NCBI GenBank assembly: GCA_052246995.1
Contig: JBQPWD010000008.1
Location: 1 to 20,630, forward strand
DNA: 20,630 nt
Reading direction: 5' to 3'
Source: Candidatus Bathyarchaeota archaeon
Lineage (GTDB): Archaea > Thermoproteota > Bathyarchaeia > Hecatellales > Hecatellaceae
Position numbers and translations under genes: made by a program. Below are positions 16,736 through 20,630 of this stretch, piece after piece. The notes below the pieces were generated by a model. That model saw nothing but the letters and a program-made list of their open reading frames with translations. It was not told the origin of the DNA and made no database searches. The stretch's first letter is position 1; each line of letters starts with the position of its first letter.

Positions 16736-17816
16736 ATTTGCCTTTAAAACCTAAAAGGTTTTTAGGTTTTAGGTATAGTTTTTTTTCAGTGTCTTTTACC
16801 GTGAAGCCAAGTTTGTATGCTTTTGTTCCATGTTTTTCTGCTATGTCGACAACCATTTCGGCGTCTTGCTTGGAAACAACGATGCAAAAGCCTATTCCCA
16901 TGTTGTAAACGTTGTACATTTCCTCATCTGGGATTTTTCCGGTTTTTTGGATAAGTTTAAAGATTGGTTGGGGTTGGGGGAGGTTTTCTAGGATGTAGCT
17001 GTAGCCTTCTCCAACTCTTAAAAGGTTGAGTAAACCTTTACCTGTAATGTTTGCTAAAACTTTGATGTTTAACTCGGCTTTAACCATTTCCATGATTTCT
17101 TGAACGTAGATTTTTGTTGGTTTAAGAAGTTCTTCGCCAAGCGTAGATTGAAGTTCGTCAACGTATGTAAAAACGTCCATGTTGGTATTGTCAAGTAAAA
17201 CTTTTCTGGCCAGGGTTAAACCGTTGCTGTGGATTCCTGAGCTTTCCAGTCCGATGACAACGTCGCCTTCGGCCAAATTTTTACCGTCAACAATTTTTTC
17301 CAGGTTTACGATGCCTATACACATGCCTACAAGGTCGAAGCCGTATCCTTCCCTTTTACCTTTAATCATTTCTGGGAGTTGGGCAATTTCTCCTCCAACA
17401 ATTGTAACCTTGGCAAGCTTGGCGCCCTCGTACAGTCCTTTGGCTATTTCTTCAAGCATTTTTTTGTCTGGTTTTTGGATGGCAATGTAGTCTAGGAAGG
17501 ATAGTGGTTCAGCGCCTACACAGATGATGTCGTTAACGTTCATGGCAACACAGTCAATACCGACCGTGTCATATTTGTTCATGAGCTGGGCTATGAAAAC
17601 TTTTGAGCCTACTCCGTCGGTTTTTAACGCTAAACCGTATTTACCTAGAAATTTTACTACACCTGCAAAATGTCCTATGGGTATGGCAGGTTTACCGATG
17701 CCGGTCTTAAAGTTGAATGTTTTACTACACCATTCAAGCATGGATTTTAAGGCTTTATCCTCCTCCTCAACGTCAACACCAGCATTCCTGTATGTTTTAG
17801 GAGTATCTCCAACCAA
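16722..17816 (-). CDS. purM: Phosphoribosylformylglycinamidine cyclo-ligase (AIR synthetase)
   Basis: TYRNAGVD, TDGVGSK, DCVAMNVND, SSGIHSNG, YNMGIG. Confidence 0.96.
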   Translation of the reverse strand: MVGDTPKTYRNAGVDVEEEDKALKSMLEWCSKTFNFKTGIGKPAIPIGHFAGVVKFLGKYGLALKTDGVGSKVFIAQLMNKYDTVGIDCVAMNVNDIICVGAEPLSFLDYIAIQKPDKKMLEEIAKGLYEGAKLAKVTIVGGEIAQLPEMIKGKREGYGFDLVGMCIGIVNLEKIVDGKNLAEGDVVIGLESSGIHSNGLTLARKVLLDNTNMDVFTYVDELQSTLGEELLKPTKIYVQEIMEMVKAELNIKVLANITGKGLLNLLRVGEGYSYILENLPQPQPIFKLIQKTGKIPDEEMYNVYNMGIGFCIVVSKQDAEMVVDIAEKHGTKAYKLGFTVKDTEKKLYLKPKNLLGFKGKFRKV

Positions 17817-17920
17817 GTAAAACCACCAAAAGGTTTGTAGAAAATTGGGGTTCTGAGTTAAGTAGAGATAGATAATGTTTCATTACCTCTACTTAACTCT
17901 TCCCTCTCGATTGATTCATA
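17794..17920 (+). repeat. Direct repeat, copy 1 (127 bp identical to 20504-20630)
   Basis: Base-by-base match at offset 2710; contains purM start/RBS and TnpB element B right end. Confidence 0.95.
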
Positions 17921-18019
17921 GAGGGCTTTCGGGGTGAACCCAGACCCCCACATCTGAAGATTCAGCACAGCTATTATGTTTCTATCCATTACTAAACTAC
18001 ACTCCTTGCATTTCATTAA
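17848..18019 (-). mobile_element. TnpB element B relic: C-terminus and right end
   Basis: LMKCKECSLVMDRNIIAVLNLQMWGSGFTPKALYE...ST*; 13-bp hairpin GAGTTAAGTAGAG (17855-17867)/CTCTACTTAACTC (17887-17899). Confidence 0.82.
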
Positions 18020-18478
18020 CGTTGTCGGATAGTTAACATTTTATAACTATCCGTTCCACCTCAGCCTTAGAGGTTTCACAGATGGCTTTCAGGGGTAACG
18101 GGGCTCCCCTCATCCTGAGCATGTTTAAACATGCGGTTACATCTCTGTCGTTTTCAACCCTCAGAATATGCGGGTTAGAGCTTACTACCATGACGTTTGA
18201 CTCGTTGACATCTATCGCTATCCAGTCATCGGGATTCGATAAATCTACATCCTTTTTGAACGACACTATTATTTTACTTTCATTCATTGTTATCTCACCA
18301 GTCTTCAGCTTTCCTTCTTTCCAAGCATCTATGAACTTCTTCTGATACTCACCATACCTCTAAAGTCCTCTAATAGCTTCCTTACATTATCGTTTATCTC
18401 ATATCCGAAGGGGACACCGGTTATTACTTCCACGATTAGAGTATACTCAGAAATGTTATGTAAAGTTAACTATTCAGG
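18020..18478 (-). mobile_element. TnpB element C: internally deleted non-autonomous derivative retaining both ends
   Basis: GTG 18433 MEVITGVPFGY...LLEDFRGMV / GEYQKKF...WIAIDVNE (RuvC-I)...HILRV joined directly to ENDRDVTACLNML (RuvC-III); right end shared with element A; imperfect left-end palindrome at about 18450-18476. Confidence 0.85.
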
Positions 18479-18592
18479 AACTGCTACCGAACCCCTCAGC
18501 CTTCAACTTTTCAACTATTTCCTTTGCCTCTTCCTCCTTCACTTTACATTCCCCACATGTATTTTTACACACCAAGGTTTTAAGGTTTTAAG

Positions 18593-18700
18593 TTTTACGA
18601 GACTTACGAGGTTTACGACAACTTTTACCAGATTTACGAGTTCGTAAAACTCAACTTGTAACTATATGTCGTAAATTTGCTCGTAAAATGACATGTAAAA
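18593..18700. repeat. Cluster of short TTAC(GA) direct repeats followed by inverted (TC)GTAA copies
   Basis: TTAC at 18595, 18604, 18613, 18625, 18634; GTAA at 18644, 18658, 18671, 18683, 18695. Confidence 0.75.
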
Positions 18701-18858
18701 AGTTTTAATGAACTACAACAAAACAAATACTGTTCGTTTTTCGATTATCCTTATAAAGCCCAATGTAAAATTGGGATAATCGAAAAATGTTTAAAAAGAA
18801 AAACCTTATAAAAAGCTAAAAACAAAAAATAAACCAGAAAAACCACCCTCACACCACG
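18701..18858 (+). promoter_or_regulatory. CRISPR leader with BRE/TATA and 14-bp inverted repeat
   Basis: A-rich, non-coding; GAAAAAC-CTTATAAA at about 18798-18812; TTTTTCGATTATCC (18737-18750)/GGATAATCGAAAAA (18774-18787). Confidence 0.75.
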
Positions 18859-19738
18859 GTTACAAAACAAAAATCCCATAAGAGGGAATTGAAAGCTTTG
18901 TGAATAGGTAGTCTAATGTTTTGAATGTTCCAGATGTGTTACAAAACAAAAATCCCATAAGAGGGAATTGAAAGATACAGTTTCACAAACCTCTCTAAGA
19001 CTTGTTCTAATCTGTTACAAAACAAAAATCCCATAAGAGGGAATTGAAAGGCCGTTTTTATTACCACTTTCTCACCCCCTTATCTTTAGTTACAAAACAA
19101 AAATCCCATAAGAGGGAATTGAAAGGCCGTTTTTATTACCACTTTCTCACCCCCTTATCTTTAGTTACAAAACAAAAATCCCATAAGAGGGAATTGAAAG
19201 TTAACTACTATGTGGAACTTATGGATAGGTGAAACATAGTTACAAAACAAAAATCCCATAAGAGGGAATTGAAAGTTGATTAAACCTCTTTTAATCGCCA
19301 ACACTGTGAAAAACTGTGTTACAAAACAAAAATCCCATAAGAGGGAATTGAAAGTACATGTACATTTTTTAAGCCTTTAAAGTGTAAACTTCGTTACAAA
19401 ACAAAAATCCCATAAGAGGGAATTGAAAGCCAATGTTTTGTCTTCTTGCATTATCCTTAAAAAGATTCCGTTACAAAACAAAAATCCCATAAGAGGGAAT
19501 TGAAAGAAAACAGGACAGACAACAGCGTCGTAGGCGTAACTTGTATATGTTACAAAACAAAAATCCCATAAGAGGGAATTGAAAGTAATAGACGCTAAAA
19601 GTCAAGCAGAGTTTACGGATAAGCTGTTACAAAACAAAAATCCCATAAGAGGGAATTGAAAGAACTCCATCGCTATTTCTGGTGGGAGAGCTTGCAGTAG
19701 TGTTACAAAACAAAAATCCCATAAGAGGGAATTGAAAG
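18859..19738 (+). CRISPR. CRISPR array: 12 identical 37-bp repeats, 11 spacers of 38-42 bp
   Basis: Repeat GTTACAAAACAAAAATCCCATAAGAGGGAATTGAAAG starting at 18859, 18938, 19014, 19089, 19164, 19239, 19318, 19393, 19470, 19549, 19626, 19702; the ATTGAAAG 3' end is the class 1 (Cas6) handle. Confidence 0.98.
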
Positions 19739-19811
19739 TGAATAACGTAGTCGAGGAAAGAGGATAGCAAAACGGGGTTTTGAGGTTGTTTGTAAAATGC
19801 TGGTGAGAGTG

Positions 19812-19861
19812 TTTAAATATAACATTACAAATATTACGTTTAGATGCATGTTTAAACGTAA
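19812..19861 (+). promoter_or_regulatory. vapBC promoter and candidate operator
   Basis: TTTAAATA at 19812-19819; inverted repeat TTACGTTTA (19834-19842)/TAAACGTAA (19853-19861). Confidence 0.5.
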
Positions 19862-19870
19862 ACATAAACG

Positions 19871-20098
19871 GTGTTAAAGTTGCCAAAAACAATTACAATC
19901 AGAGATGATGTTTATAAAAGGTTGTTGGAGGTTAAACGTGAGGGGGAAAGTTTTAGTGAGTTGTTTGAGAGGCTTATTGGAGGTGTAGGTTTAAACTCTC
20001 TTGAGGTTTTAAGGATGCTTAGGGGTTGTGTTGAGTTTAAGGATAAGGAGAGGTTGATTAGGGAGATTTATGCTGTAAGGTCTGAGTGTAGACTATGA
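19871..20098 (+). CDS. vapB: VapB-family antitoxin (DUF217/UPF0330-like)
   Basis: KTITIRDDVYKRL...KREGESFSELFERL; ATGA overlap with PIN gene. Start may be TTG 19880. Confidence 0.88.
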   Translation: MLKLPKTITIRDDVYKRLLEVKREGESFSELFERLIGGVGLNSLEVLRMLRGCVEFKDKERLIREIYAVRSECRL

Positions 20099-20478
20099 TA
20101 GTCTTGGATACGGATGTGCTTATCGAGATTTTTGATAAGCATTCTGTTAAGGGGGATGAGGCTTTAAAGGTTCTTGAGGAGAGGGGAGAGGATGTTGCTA
20201 CAACAGTTATTAATCTTCATGAACTTTTATATGGTCTTGAGAAATATGCTAAACCTGTAAAGGAAGTTTTACTTTTACCGGTAATTGAGTATGGTAAGAG
20301 GGATGCTCAACTGTCCGCTAAGCTGGAGTTGAAGGCTGAGAGTTTAGGGGCGTCTGTTAGGAGGATGGATGCGATGATAGCAGCCATAGTAATAAACAGG
20401 GGAGCACAACTTTACACGTTTGACTTAAAACATTTCAGTTTATTCAAAAATTTTGGCTTAAAAATCATCGAACCATAA
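20095..20478 (+). CDS. vapC: VapC PIN-domain ribonuclease toxin
   Basis: IVLDTDVLI, ELLYG, DAMIAA, TFDLKHF: all acidic PIN residues present. Confidence 0.93.
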   Translation: MIVLDTDVLIEIFDKHSVKGDEALKVLEERGEDVATTVINLHELLYGLEKYAKPVKEVLLLPVIEYGKRDAQLSAKLELKAESLGASVRRMDAMIAAIVINRGAQLYTFDLKHFSLFKNFGLKIIEP

Positions 20479-20481
20479 ACC

Positions 20482-20526
20482 TTACATGTCAGCATCCTTA
20501 TACGTTTTAGGAGTATCTCCAACCAA
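20482..20526 (-). pseudogene. 14-codon stub of a second purM 5' end
   Basis: MVGDTPKTYKDADM* versus intact MVGDTPKTYRNAGV. Confidence 0.8.
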
Positions 20527-20630
20527 GTAAAACCACCAAAAGGTTTGTAGAAAATTGGGGTTCTGAGTTAAGTAGAGATAGATAATGTTTCATTACCTCT
20601 ACTTAACTCTTCCCTCTCGATTGATTCATA
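20504..20630 (+). repeat. Direct repeat, copy 2 (runs to window end)
   Basis: Identical to 17794-17920, including the element B right-end hairpin (20565-20609). Confidence 0.95.

Noticed and set aside
97-17820. Antisense or shadow ORFs (e.g. 97..330, 352..537, 679..933, 1016..1204, 1837..2094, 2088..2408, 4738..5028, 9552..9776, 11666..11983, 13619..13924, 15289..15615, 17179..17490, 17524..17820)
   Set aside because: They overlap better-supported genes, relics or AT-rich intergenic DNA and show no recognisable motifs.
18551-18558. CCCCACAT (ATGTGGGG on minus) as another TnpB scaffold
   Set aside because: No following CCCCGAAAG or hairpin; more likely chance or an RBS for the short frame at 18543.
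18896-19701. Self-targeting spacers within the window
   Set aside because: No convincing match by eye; only short AT-rich overlaps such as spacer 6 with about 9700-9710. A proper search is still needed.
18896-19701. Uniform antisense bias of spacers implying type III
   Set aside because: Several spacers (5, 9, 10) read more naturally as sense strand; orientation cannot be assigned without protospacers.
18020-19738. TnpB next to a CRISPR array as a Cas12f/type V-like system
   Set aside because: The adjacent tnpB copies are deleted relics with their own transposon ends, the repeat has a class 1 ATTGAAAG handle, and I found no anti-repeat/tracrRNA.
19044-19892. ORFs 19044..19232 and 19602..19892
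   Set aside because: Translations of CRISPR repeats/spacers and the vapB promoter.

Overview
AT-rich archaeal chromosomal segment (Nep1, Rpp21, DUF22, archaeal-type tRNAs, GGTG/GGGGT ribosome-binding sites; lineage cannot be fixed from sequence alone). In order: the 3' end of a TnpB element; a divergent ArsR-centred cluster (ArsP-type permease, three thioredoxin-fold proteins, ferredoxin and a DUF169-like relic on one side; DsrE, DsrF, a racemase-like/Fe-S fusion and DsrH on the other); a tautomerase; two GT2 glycosyltransferases; a decayed zone around tRNA-His (MNT-HEPN, ImmA-like and cysteine-protease-like relics); housekeeping genes (MFS, tRNA-Gly, nep1, rnp4, ino1, radical SAM, purM); and a 2710-bp unit (two abutting TnpB relics, a motif-rich leader, a 12-repeat CRISPR array with no cas genes in the window, vapBC) bracketed by a direct repeat containing the purM start and a TnpB right end. 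Best leads: that repeat-bracketed CRISPR+TA cassette, TnpB right ends whose predicted guides are themselves TnpB-derived, and an arsenic-type regulon joined to a DsrEFH sulfur relay with apparent ACG starts. All family calls are from motif recognition by eye; no searches were run.
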